Origin: an uncultured Acidobacteriota bacterium
Lineage (GTDB): Bacteria > Acidobacteriota > Blastocatellia > Pyrinomonadales > Pyrinomonadaceae
Assembly: GCA_963766895.1 (NCBI GenBank)
Contig: CAVYCB010000011.1
Coordinates: forward strand, 24,333 to 88,332
Direction: 5' to 3'
Length of the DNA: 64,000 nt
Made by a program: the position numbers and the translations under genes. Below, piece after piece: positions 9,455-19,854 of the stretch. Every line of letters begins with the position of its first letter. The stretch's first letter is position 1. The notes beneath the pieces are model-generated. The model was not told the DNA's origin and made no database searches. It saw only the letters and a program-made list of their open reading frames with translations.

Positions 9455-11382
9455 ATGGATATGAAACGTTCGTGGTTTTCAATTTTGCTCGTCCTGGTAT
9501 TGTTTGGTCTGCTTGGCCTGCTCGCGACGCTGCAATACCGCTGGGTGGGACAGATCAGCAGCGCCGAACGCGACCGGCTGCAAAAACGCCTGCAGACCGA
9601 CACCGAACGTTTTGCCGACGACTTTAACAACGAGATCCGTAAGGTATATTTCAACTTTCAGATCGACGCCGATGCCTGGCGGGAAAAAGGCGGACCGGAA
9701 TTTAATCAGCGGCTTGCCTACTGGAAAGAAAGATCGGCTTACCCGGCCCTGCCTTCGAATTTTTATTTCATCGGGCTAAACGGAGAACGTCTGGCATATG
9801 ACCCGAAGACTGAGGCCTTTGCCACGGCCGATCTCCCTGAAGAAGTTTTGAAACTGGCGGGCTCTATTGGCGACCAGACGATCGAGCCCGTAGTAGAAAA
9901 TATTCCGGCCCTAATACTGCCGGTATATGAAAATCCGGAACGAACGGCTTCTGCCGCACCCGACAAATCCGTCAGTCACGACAAGCCGGTCAGGCCGGTC
10001 AGAATTGCCATCGACCAGCCGCGAAAAAGATACGGCATCCTGGTCGTCAAACTGGATAAAAACGTGATCGAACAGGAAATCTTCCCTGCCCTCACGCGGG
10101 AATATTTTTCCGCCGACAACGATGGCGACGGCGCGAACTACCGGCTGTCGATAGCGGATAAAAATGATAGTTCAGAGATCATATTCAAAAATCATCCCGA
10201 CGAAGCTTCGACCGCAAGTGATTCGTCCGCCCAGCTTTTTCAGCTCTCCGCGGATAAGATGACCTTTTTCTTCGGCCCGACATGATGGGTGCTTTAAGAA
10301 GATCGCCTGCCCCGGGTGGCGAGTCCAGAGTTGAAGCCGGTGTCGAGAAAGAAAAAGTACGAACCGGTAATTTTATTTTTAGCCAGCGGTATGAAACCAG
10401 GACCGAATCTTCTTCAAATAAGCCGGGGGATAAACCGGGGCCGGAATTGGAAAAAACAAAAACTCTTGACCTGAAAGTTCCTGACAACGCAAAAGCCCAC
10501 ATCACAATGATGGAAAGTAAAACTCCCGGTGAAGAAGGCGCCTGGGTGCTTAACGTCCAGCATCGCGATGGCTCGCTGGACCAGTTCGTCGCCAATGCGC
10601 GCAACCGGAACCTGGCGGTGAGTTTTGGAATTCTGGCATTGTTGGGAATAAGCGTCGGGCTGGTTTTTCTGTCGGCCCAGCGCGCAAAAACACTCGCGCA
10701 GCGCCAGCTGGATTTCGTGTCGTCCGTTTCGCACGAATTCCGCACGCCGCTGGCCGTGCTCTATACTGCGGGTGAAAATCTGACGGACGGCGTGGTCGAT
10801 TCGCGGCAGCAGGTGTCCGAATACGGCACGCTGATAAAACACGAAGGCAAAAAACTTTCCGGCATGGTAGAGCAGATCCTGGAATTTGCCGGGGCGCGCT
10901 CGGGAAAACGAAAATACGATCTTCGCAAAACAAATGTCGCCGACGTCTTGTCTGACGCGCTGGCGGAGTGCCGGCCGCTGATAAATGAAACCGGGTTCAC
11001 TGTGGAAAAAAATATCCCGGCGGGCCTGCCGGAGATCGCGGCCGAGGCCGCGGCGTTAAGCCACGCGTTTCAAAATCTTATCAATAACGCGATCAAGTAC
11101 AGCCGCGATGAAAAGCATTTGAAAATAACTGCCGAAAACGGCGGCGGCGCGATCAGACTTTCCTTCGAAGACCGGGGCCGCGGGATCGCCGCGCGCGAGC
11201 GCTCTCAGATCTTCGAACCGTTCTATCGCGGTAAGGAAGTAGTCGAAGCGCAAATTCACGGCAACGGATTGGGCTTAAGCCTGGTCAAGCAGATCGTCGA
11301 AGCTCACAATGGCCGGGTAGAGGTCGAAAGCCGTCCCGGCGAAGGCAGCAAATTCACTATTAAACTTCCCGTGCAGCAATGA
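9455..11382 (+). pseudogene. sensor histidine kinase, split into two ORFs at 10282..10285 (probable single frameshift)
   Basis: The 9455..10285 ORF supplies TM1 and a periplasmic domain. The 10282..11382 ORF supplies TM2 (LAVSFGILALLGISVGLVFL), HisKA (SHEFRTPL) and HATPase (GNGLGLSLVKQIVEAHNG). One extra c in the ggccc run at about 10275 would join them. Confidence 0.75.
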
Positions 11383-12065
11383 ATCACCGAATACTTTTAG
11401 TAGAAGACGAACCCGGGCTGATCCTGACCCTCAGCGATCGCTTAAAAAGCGAGGGCTATCAGCTCCAGGTCGCATCCGACGGCGAGGAAGGTTTCACGCG
11501 AGGCTCTTCCGGCGATCACGATCTGATAATTCTCGATGTGATGCTGCCGAAAAAGAACGGCTTCGATGTCTGCCGCGACCTGCGAAAAAAGAACGTGTCA
11601 ACGCCGATCCTGATGCTCACCGCCAAGGGCGAAACGATCGATAAAGTAGTGGGGTTAAAGCTAGGCGCCGACGATTATCTGACCAAACCTTTTGAAGTGA
11701 TAGAGCTGCTTGCCCGGATCGAAGCCTTGCTCCGCCGCGCTCCCGCCGGAACCGGCGGCGCGATCGACACTTTCCGGTTCGGAGATGTGTCCATCGATTT
11801 CAAACGCGCCGAAGTCGCCAAAAATGCCGAACCGGTGGAACTCTCCGCGATGGAATTCAAGCTGCTGCAGTTTTTGATCGAAAACCACGGCACCGTTCAT
11901 TCGCGCGATCAGCTTTTGGATAATGTCTGGGGTTACGATGCGATGCCATCGACGCGCACGGTCGATGTTCACATCGCCTGGCTGCGGCAAAAGCTGGAAA
12001 ATAATCCCAAGCACCCGCAGCATATCCAGACCGTTCACGGGTTGGGATATAAGTTTACTGTCTGA
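11379..12065 (+). CDS. OmpR/PhoB-family response regulator
   Basis: REC domain (ILLVEDEP...DLIILDVMLP...LTAKG) plus a winged-helix C-terminus (VHIAWLRQKLE...IQTVHGLGYKF). Its start overlaps the kinase stop. Confidence 0.9.
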   Translation: MNHRILLVEDEPGLILTLSDRLKSEGYQLQVASDGEEGFTRGSSGDHDLIILDVMLPKKNGFDVCRDLRKKNVSTPILMLTAKGETIDKVVGLKLGADDYLTKPFEVIELLARIEALLRRAPAGTGGAIDTFRFGDVSIDFKRAEVAKNAEPVELSAMEFKLLQFLIENHGTVHSRDQLLDNVWGYDAMPSTRTVDVHIAWLRQKLENNPKHPQHIQTVHGLGYKFTV

Positions 12066-12076
12066 AGGTTTTATCT

Positions 12077-12141
12077 GCCGCTAATTACACAAATAACACG
12101 AATGAAAAATTCTTATTCGTGCTATTTGTGACATTCGTGGC
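12077..12141. repeat. CACGAAT-type hairpin repeat, copy 1
   Basis: gccgctaattacacaaataacacgaat ... attcgtgctatttgtgacattcgtggc. It sits between convergent gene ends, so it may act as a terminator. Confidence 0.8.
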
Positions 12142-12153
12142 CGTATCAGCGAC

Positions 12154-14667
12154 TTAAAAAACGTACGCGGCCGATGTTTCCATAACGCTTTCCTCGGGCG
12201 TCAGCGTCAGGTCTTCCCAGTGCAAAGTTTCATTGGAATACTGCCGTAAAAAGACATCCATATCTTCTTTCGTCAGCGGTTTTGCAAAATGATATCCCTG
12301 TCCCATTTCACACCCCATTGTCTGCAGGCTGGACATTTGCGCGGAGGTTTCTATTCCCTCGGCGATCGTCGTAAGGTGCAAAGTGCTGCTCATGGTAAGG
12401 ATGGCCCTGGTAACGGCGGAGGCTTCATTACCCAGCTCGATCTTATCGATAAAAGTTTTATCTATCTTAAGGATATCGATCGGGAAACGCTGGAGGTAAC
12501 TAAGCGAAGAATACCCGGTGCCGAAATCATCGATCGCCAGCCTGACACCCATTTCCTTCAGTTCGTTGAGCTTCCTCAAGGTCGTGTCGGTGTTTGCCAG
12601 CATCGTTCCTTCGGTGATCTCCAGGATCAAACTGTGGGCGGACAAACCCGATCTGGAAAGAGCGTCCTCAACCGCCAGGTACAGGCTGTCGTCCTGAAAC
12701 TGCCGGCTGGAGATGTTGACCGTGATCGCCAGGTCTTCATCGCTGTCGCACTGTAACTGCCATCGCCTCGCCTGCCGGCACGCTTCCTCAAGCACCCAGC
12801 GCCCGAGCGGCAGAATAAGATTGGTCTCTTCCGCCACGGGAATAAAATCCGCCGGCGAGATCACCCCGCGATCCGGATGATTCCACCTGGTGAGCGCTTC
12901 CATCCCGATCAATTTATTTGAATTAAGATCGACGATCGGCTGGTAATAGATCTCAAAATCGTGGTCTTCCAAAGCCTTGCGCAGATCGTCTTCCAGCTGA
13001 ACGCGTTTGAGCACCGCTTCGTGCATTTCGGGCTCAAAAAGCGCATACCGGTCTTTTCCGCGGCTCTTCGCCATATACATCGCCACGTCCGCGTTTCTGA
13101 GCAATTCCGCCGGGTCTTCGTCGCCATTTAGAGCGGTCGCTATCCCGATGCTCGTGCGGATAAAAACGTCGTTGCCGTTGATCCGGAACGGGGTTCGCAA
13201 AATATCCCTGATCCGCTCGGCGACGATCGTGCCGCCTTCTATCTTGTTCGTATCTTCGAGCAGAACGGCAAACTCATCCCCGCCCAACCTGGCCGCGGTG
13301 TCATTCGGGCGCAGGCAGGCCTGTAAGCGCTGAGCGACCGAAAGCAGCAGATCGTCACCTGCCGCGTGCCCCAGCGAGTCATTGATGGTTTTGAAATTGT
13401 CCAGATCAAGGAACAGGACGCTAACCAGCGTGTGGTTGCGGGAAACTTTTTCCAGCGCGTGCTCGACCCTGTCGCGGAATAAAAGGCGGTTTGCCAGATT
13501 GGTGAGCGGATCGTGCAGCGCCTGTTGAGTGAGCTGGTCTTCCAGGGATTTGCGCTCTGTGACGTCGCGAATAACGCCGCCATAAAAAGTGCCGTCAGCC
13601 GTTTCCCAGGTAGATAAAGATATTTCCAGCGGAAATTCGGTGTTGTCTTTTCTCAGCCCGCTTAATTCGGTGGCCTTGCGGCCGATCCGCATCAGGCTTG
13701 AATTTAGCAGGTGCGTACTTTTGCTGTCGATAAGCTGCTGCGAGTAGACCGCCGGGAAAAGCACGGAGATCGACTGTCCGATGATCTCTTCGCCGCTGTA
13801 CCCGAAGATCTGATTGGCACTGTCGTTCCAGGAAAGGATATAGCCGTTATTATCCGTGGAAATTATCGCGTCGTTAGCCGATTCCACCACCGAACGAAAA
13901 CGGTTTTCCGATAAGCGAAGGGCTTCTTCCGTGTGCCTGCGTTCGCTAACCTCTTTCTCTAACTCTTTGTTGCTTGTTTCCAGTTGAAGAGTACGCTCGA
14001 GAACGCGGGTCTCTAATCCCAGGTTCAGGTTGCGGATCTTGGCGGTCGTCTTCGCCGTGTTCCACATCTCTTTGACGCTGCGATTGACCGCGATAAAAAG
14101 AAAGATGTCTTCGAAGATGACCCAGCCTGCATGCTCCAGCCACCGCCAGTTGTCGGCTGCCAAAACTCCATAGATGGATTCCGGCCAAAAAGCTCCCCGA
14201 AAAACATGGTCGGCGGCGACGATCAGCGTAGCCGGCAAAAGCACGCGCCAGTCGCGATAAAAGGAAAGAAAAGCGAGGGACCCGAAGATATGAAAATGGG
14301 TCTCGATACGGCCGCCGGTAAGATGGATAAGCAGCGATGACATCAGCATTTGAGCTATCGCAATGACATAACGCGTTGAGGGCGCGCCCGGACGCGTCAG
14401 CGCCAGAAAGATCGGGAAAAAACTGATCAACCCGCCCAGAAGTATCGCCGCCCAGATATGAATATGTGTCTGGCTGTAAGGCCCGGCCCAGGTAGCGGGT
14501 GAGAGAAAGAACGCGGCCGCGATACCGCCCAGCCATTGGATAAACATCAGGACCGCGAATACGCGGTCGGTATGCTTGTAGATACTCTGCCGGTGTTCGG
14601 CAAAAAGCTCTTCAGCCCGTTCAAAGGTCGGGCCGGTAATTGTGAGTTCTATATCGGTCTGTTTCAT
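12154..14667 (-). CDS. membrane sensor PAS-GGDEF-EAL protein (c-di-GMP turnover)
   Basis: 837 aa with a His-rich polytopic N-terminus (HLTGGRIETHFHIFGSLAFLSFYRDW), a PAS segment, GGDEF (RLGGDEFAV) and EAL (EALTRW...DDFGTGYSSL). Confidence 0.9.
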   Translation of the reverse strand: MKQTDIELTITGPTFERAEELFAEHRQSIYKHTDRVFAVLMFIQWLGGIAAAFFLSPATWAGPYSQTHIHIWAAILLGGLISFFPIFLALTRPGAPSTRYVIAIAQMLMSSLLIHLTGGRIETHFHIFGSLAFLSFYRDWRVLLPATLIVAADHVFRGAFWPESIYGVLAADNWRWLEHAGWVIFEDIFLFIAVNRSVKEMWNTAKTTAKIRNLNLGLETRVLERTLQLETSNKELEKEVSERRHTEEALRLSENRFRSVVESANDAIISTDNNGYILSWNDSANQIFGYSGEEIIGQSISVLFPAVYSQQLIDSKSTHLLNSSLMRIGRKATELSGLRKDNTEFPLEISLSTWETADGTFYGGVIRDVTERKSLEDQLTQQALHDPLTNLANRLLFRDRVEHALEKVSRNHTLVSVLFLDLDNFKTINDSLGHAAGDDLLLSVAQRLQACLRPNDTAARLGGDEFAVLLEDTNKIEGGTIVAERIRDILRTPFRINGNDVFIRTSIGIATALNGDEDPAELLRNADVAMYMAKSRGKDRYALFEPEMHEAVLKRVQLEDDLRKALEDHDFEIYYQPIVDLNSNKLIGMEALTRWNHPDRGVISPADFIPVAEETNLILPLGRWVLEEACRQARRWQLQCDSDEDLAITVNISSRQFQDDSLYLAVEDALSRSGLSAHSLILEITEGTMLANTDTTLRKLNELKEMGVRLAIDDFGTGYSSLSYLQRFPIDILKIDKTFIDKIELGNEASAVTRAILTMSSTLHLTTIAEGIETSAQMSSLQTMGCEMGQGYHFAKPLTKEDMDVFLRQYSNETLHWEDLTLTPEESVMETSAAYVF

Positions 14668-15281
14668 TGTGCGGACTCCATCTTTTGATTTTCTTTGTCG
14701 GGAGCAAAGACAGGGCAGCCGTAAACCGGCGTTTCGTTTTGGGCCGGTTGTTCTCCGTTAAGGATCGAAATAATTGTGTCGCGGCCGGCGTTATCCCCTT
14801 CGTGGCCGCGGGAAAAGGTGATGCCGCCGCTAAAAAGCAGCTTTCCTTCCGGGCTATAGAGCAGATTCTGGCCGGAAGTGGCAGCCTGAAACGTTTCAGC
14901 TTCCTCACCCTTATCGTCGACCAGGACCGTTACTCCCGGGATCGCCGCGGCTGCTGCCCAGAGATCGGTTTTTTCCCAATCAACCGGTGAGCCTTCCGGC
15001 CTGATAAAAAGCACGTAGGCTTTTAAACGGCCTCGCGCTTGCGCCATCAGCCGGGAAAGTTCGCCTATCGTGGCCCGGGTACAGGGGCAGCGCGGATGGG
15101 CGATCAGGATCAGGGTCATACCGCCGGTCGTCCGCTGGACCTTGCTATTCACGGGCCAGTCGTTCGGAGCCGCGGCCGCTCTGCCGGGAGTGTTGCTGTA
15201 ATTCCCCAGTGCGGAGATCCCGGCGGCAACTATCGAAACCCATAAAACAGTTATCAGGATGAAGGGAGCTCTTTTTTTCAT
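14664..15281 (-). CDS. membrane-anchored thioredoxin-fold protein with a CPC motif (hypothetical)
   Basis: N-terminal TM helix, then LILIAHPRCPCTRATIGEL in the position of a thioredoxin-like active site. Its stop overlaps the GGDEF-EAL start by 4 nt. Confidence 0.5.
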   Translation of the reverse strand: MKKRAPFILITVLWVSIVAAGISALGNYSNTPGRAAAAPNDWPVNSKVQRTTGGMTLILIAHPRCPCTRATIGELSRLMAQARGRLKAYVLFIRPEGSPVDWEKTDLWAAAAAIPGVTVLVDDKGEEAETFQAATSGQNLLYSPEGKLLFSGGITFSRGHEGDNAGRDTIISILNGEQPAQNETPVYGCPVFAPDKENQKMESAQ

Positions 15282-15499
15282 AGAGAGAGAATGGAAGTTT
15301 CTATGAACTTACCCATAGCCGTCTTAGCAACAGGTATGCCAATGGGCCTCGGGCAGGATAACCTCTGAAAATAATCTGAGTTTACTTAAAGTGTCTGAAG
15401 GTTCAGGTTTATCTATCCGGCTAATATTGAAGGGTGGAAGTTTGATCGCCGGGGCAAAAAAGGGACAATCGTTGCTTGCCTAATAAGTCATTGATAATT

Positions 15500-15566
15500 G
15501 CCACCGAATGTCACAAATAGCACGATTAAGAAATCTTTAATTCGTGTTATTTGTGTAATTCGTGGC
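15500..15566. repeat. CACGAAT-type hairpin repeat, copy 2
   Basis: gccaccgaatgtcacaaatagcacgatt ... aattcgtgttatttgtgtaattcgtggc. It overlaps the last codons of the DUF72 ORF. Confidence 0.8.
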
Positions 15567-16301
15567 TAATAGGAGCTTTCTTTACTATTTCCTGGAACCG
15601 CACAGCGTCTTCGATCATTTCACGGTTGTTAAAGAAAACGTAGGCGGTTTTGTTTTCCGGCAGCATGGAGGCAAGTTCTTCCAGCTCGCCGTCCTCGTAT
15701 TTGTAGCGCCAGCCGCCGATACCGTGCAGCCGGAAATAGATCTTCGTCGGCGTAACGGTTTTCGCTTTGAACGGATCGACCACGTGCCAGAGTTTATTTT
15801 CTCCGCAGATCTTTTTCACCACCTCGTCGTCCCACGGGCTGCGCGGCTCCCAGCAAAAATTTAATTTGCCGCGTTTGATACTCGCGAAGAAATTATTTAG
15901 ATTTTCGATGTTCTCATCGGTCTGCGTAAAACTCGCCGGGCATTGAAAAAGGACCGTTTTTGCTTTCAGCGCATTGGCGCACGCAAGCGTCGTTTCCCAG
16001 GCTTCTTTGACGATCGCGGTCGGGCGAAAATACCCGGCTTCTTCGCGCTCGCTTTCCGTGATCTTTTTCTTGAGGCGTTTGTAAGTAGGGCTCTTCTGAT
16101 CGTGGGTGATAAGCTGCCAGGCCTTGAGTGTGAATTCAAACTCCGGCGGGCATCATCTCACGCCATTTTTCTAAAGTTTTAACCTGCGGCGGCTGGTAAA
16201 AAGTATGCTGGATCTCAACACAGGAAAAGCAGCCCGGAATATTCTTCTTTGGTCATCCCAAAACCACACGTACCGATATGAAGTTTCCCCGCCTTGTTCA
16301 T
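15547..16301 (-). pseudogene. DUF72-family protein, at least 3 frameshifts as sequenced
   Basis: The start MNKAGKLHIGTCGFG is at 16299..16301. The pieces VEIQHTFYQPPQVKTLEKWREMMPA, FEFTLKAWQLITHDQKSP and the intact C-terminal ORF 15547..15822 lie in different frames between about 16150 and 16260. Confidence 0.7.
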
Positions 16302-16432
16302 CTCTCAAGTGTATCTTATTTTGATCACACTCACGGTAGTAAACGAGTCAGTAGCGTTGCCGTCAGGCGATGCGCAATGGGCGACGATCCGGCGAGACTA
16401 AGCCTTTCAAAGAATCCGATCACTCGAGCGTT

Positions 16433-16581
16433 TTTCTTGCTTTTTCGTGTTGTTTCGTGTGTTTAGTGGTTATTTTTTTAAATCAGTCTTTAGCAACATT
16501 TTAAGTAAATAAAAATCTCATCTGACTATGATTTCTTGCTTTTTTCGTGTTGTTTCGTGTAATTTCGTGGTTATATTTTTT
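16433..16581. repeat. pair of ~47-bp direct repeats (ttcgtgttgtttcgtgt type)
   Basis: tttcttgctttttcgtgttgtttcgtgtgtttagtggttat (16433..) and tttcttgcttttttcgtgttgtttcgtgtaatttcgtggttat (16532..). Confidence 0.8.
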
Positions 16582-16586
16582 CTCCC

Positions 16587-16836
16587 ATGTCAGACGTACT
16601 CTTAAAAAAAGAAGAAGTGTATGCCGTTGTGGGTGCCGCAATGGAAGTGTATTACACAATGGGATTGGCTTTCTCAACCAGTCTATCATGAAGCGTTAAA
16701 GATAGAGATGAACCGTAGAAATATTCCTTTCACATCTCAAACGCCACTTTCGCTCTACTATAAAGACGTTGAACTTCCCAAACTTTATATTCCGGATTTA
16801 GTTTGTTACGGACAAATAATTGTGAGAGGGAGCTGA
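16587..16836 (+). pseudogene. GxxExxY-family protein remnant (two frameshifts, 3'-truncated)
   Basis: MSDVLLKKEEVYAVVGAAMEVYY, then GIGFLN, then [21 protein letters not shown]...[13 protein letters not shown], in three frames. It ends a few nt before the 3' end of the convergent malic enzyme gene and lacks the usual C-terminal third. Confidence 0.6.
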
Positions 16837-16841
16837 CAATG

Positions 16842-18292
16842 TTAAAACTCCGAGCCACTCGTAGTTTTTTCGCGTCTGGCAACGTGCGTAGCATAGGCGG
16901 CTTCTTCGACTTTGCCGCGACGGCTTCGCCGACGCGTTTATCGAAGACCGAAGGCACGATGTATTCGGGATGCAGCTCGTTTTCGGTGATAATGCCGGCG
17001 ATGGCATGCGCGGCGGCGAGCTTCATCTCTTCGTTGATGCGCGAGGCGCGGCAGTTGAGCGCGCCGCGAAAGATGCCGGGAAAGCAGAGCACGTTATTGA
17101 TCTGGTTGGGATAGTCGGAGCGACCCGTGGCCATCACAGCCACGTAGGCCGGCGGCATCCTCCGGCATAATTTCCGGCGCCGGGTTCGCCATCGCAAAGA
17201 CGATCGGTCTGGGGGCCATCTTCTGAGGTCGTTCACGGTCGATAACGCCCGGCGCGGAGAGGCCGAAGAACACGTCCGCGCCCTTGATCACGTCGTGGAC
17301 CGCTGCCCTGCTCGTTGTCCGGGTTGGTGTTCTGCGCGTACCAATCCTTGACCCAATTCATGTTTCTCGCGCGGCCCTCGTAGAGCGCGCCGGTCTGTGT
17401 CGCAGCCGACGATATTTTTGACGCCCGCCGCCATAAAATCTTCGAGCAGGCCACGCCCGCCGCGCCGATCGCCGTTGACGACCACCTTAATCTCGTCCAT
17501 CTGCTTGCCGACGATCTTCAGCGCGTTGATCAAGGCGGCGAGAACGACGACGGCCGTGCCGTGCTGGTCGTCGTGAAAGACCGGAATGTCGAGCTCTTCC
17601 TTCAGGCGGTCTTCGATCTCAAAGCAGCGCGGCGCGGAGATGTCTTCTAGATTAATGCCGCCAAAAGCCATCGCGATATTCTTGATCGTCTGGACAATCT
17701 CGTGCGGGTCTTTGGTCTAAAGGCAGATTGGAAAGGCATCAACGCCGCCGAATTCCTTGAAGAGCTGGCACTTGCCTTCCATCACCGGCATCGCCGCCGC
17801 CGGGCCGATGTCGCCGAGGCCCAGCACAGCCGTGCCGTCCGTGACAACCGCGACGGTGTTTTTCTTGATCGTCAGGTTAAAGACTTTTTCCGGGTCTTTA
17901 TGGATCGCCTCGCAGACGCGCGCCACGCCCGGCGTGTAGGCCATCGAAAGGTCGGAGCGCGTCTTAAGCGGCAGCTTGGAAACGACCTCGATTTTGCCGC
18001 CGAGGTGCATCAGAAACGTGCGGTCCGAAATATTGACGACTTCAACGCCGTCGATATGATTCGCGCGACCTGTTAATATCTCTTCGTCGTGTTTTTCCGA
18101 AGCAGCGTTGACCGTGATATCGCGGATAAGAAAATCCTTGCCGACGCTGACAATATCGATCGCTCCGATATCGCCGCCGGCCTGGCCGATGGCGGTCGTC
18201 AACTCGCCCAATTTTCCCGGGTGATTTTGGATCTTTACGCGCAGGGTGACGCTAAAACTCGCATTAGGTGTTGAAGGCTCGTTTGACACCAA
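16842..18292 (-). pseudogene. NAD(P)-dependent malic enzyme with N-terminal ACT domain, about 6 frameshifts plus one in-frame TAG as sequenced
   Basis: The stitched pieces read ...[14 protein letters not shown]...[16 protein letters not shown]...[21 protein letters not shown](TAG)TKDPHEIVQTIKNIAMAFGGINLEDISAPRCFEIE...HDDQHGTAVV...[25 protein letters not shown]. The C-terminus is restored by adding one a to the gcaaag run. Confidence 0.85.
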
Positions 18293-18453
18293 AATAACTT
18301 AACAGATAGCTATCTTTTGTGCCAAACGAAGTATTTCCGGAAGCGCGGTAAATGCGGATTTGAAACGAGGTTAGTATCGCAGAACGCAGATGCTGACCTC
18401 ATACATTTAATGGCCTCCGTTTGTTTAATATCATTAAAAATCAAAAAAACTTG

Positions 18454-18482
18454 TTGACTCTAATCTTCGGTAAAGCTAGAAT
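18454..18482 (+). promoter_or_regulatory. sigma70-like promoter candidate upstream of pilT
   Basis: TTGACT (18454..18459), a 17-nt spacer, then TAGAAT (18477..18482). This lies about 110 nt upstream of the pilT ATG. Confidence 0.4.
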
Positions 18483-18590
18483 TTAACTAGCGTTAACGGT
18501 CAGTATGCCGTTTCAACGACCCGATTCCCCACTCCAAGTAAAGAAATAGCTGGTCCTTAGCTGTTTTGGAGAAAGGCTTCCCTTCAAAAT

Positions 18591-19767
18591 ATGTCAGCCA
18601 AAATTGACGATCTTTTACGTATGGCGATGAGCTTTGGCGCATCGGACCTGCATTTGCGAGCGGGGTCTTTTCCCGTGATTCGGGTCAACGGCGAGCTGCG
18701 GCCCGTCTCCGGCGGTCAGACCGGCTGACCAGGACGAAACCCTGGAAATGGCGTTTTCGATGATGTCGAATCGGCAGAAGCAGCATTTTAAGGAAGTCTT
18801 ATGAGGTCGATATCGGTTACGGCGTCGCCGGTCTGGGGCGTTTTCGCGTGAATATTTTTCAGCAGCGCAATTCCGATCGGTATCGTCGCGCGTGTCATTT
18901 CGGACCGTATTCGCACTTTTACCGAACTCGGCCTGCCGCCGGTCCTGAGCAAGATCGCCGACGAGAATCGCGGGCTGATCCTGGTCACGGGAACCACCGG
19001 TTCGGGTAAATCGACCACGCTGGCGGCGATCATCGATCACATCAACAACACCCGCAACAGCCACATCGTCACCATCGAAGACCCGATCGAATTTTTGCAC
19101 AAGGACAAACAATCGTTTATCACCCAGCGCGAGGTCGACGTCGATACGCGTTCATTCGCCGAAGCGCTGCGAGGTTCGCTGCGTCAGGATCCGGACGTGA
19201 TCCTGGTCGGTGAAATGCGCGATCTGGAAACGATCGAGACCGCGCTCGTCGCGGCAGAAACCGGACACCTTGTGCTTTCGACCTTGCACACCCTCGATGC
19301 CGCGGAAACTATTGACGCGCATCATCTCGGCCTTTCCGCCCTTCCAGCAGAAATCGATCCGCATTCAATTAGCGGGCCTGTTAAAAGCGGTCGTTTCGCA
19401 GCGCCTGATCCGCGCCGCGAAAAACCGCAGCCGTGTTCCCGCCGTCGAAGTTTTGATTTCCACGCCGCTGATCCGCGATTATATTCTAAACGAAGACAAG
19501 ACTTCGCAGATCCGCGATGCGATCGCCGCCGGTACTTCGCAATACGGCATGCAGACCTTTGACCAGTCGCTGTTCTACCTGTATCAATCAGGTCTGGTCA
19601 CGCTCGAAGAAGCCCTGCGCGGCTCGACCAACCCGGACGAATTCCGCCTGCGCCTGGCCGGTATCTCAAACACCTCTTCGCAAGCTAAGGTCGAAATGGA
19701 ATCCTTGAGCGATGTCTCCAAAATGGCCGACCGCATTATGCCGGAGATCGAAAAGGTCAAGTACTAA
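18591..19767 (+). pseudogene. pilT: type IV pilus retraction ATPase PilT, about 5 frameshifts as sequenced
   Basis: ASDLHLRAGSFPVIRVNGEL..., Walker A in LILVTGTTGSGKSTT, DPDVILVGEMRDLETIETAL, GHLVLSTLHT, and then the C-terminal ORF 19210..19767. The shifts are near 18725-18900 and 19315. Confidence 0.85.
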
Positions 19768-19854
19768 TTAAGTAACGGTCGCTAAAACATCCCGAACAAA
19801 CCTGTCTCCCGCTCAGGTACTCTTTTCCTTCATCTGCCTTTCGGAGACTTTCCA

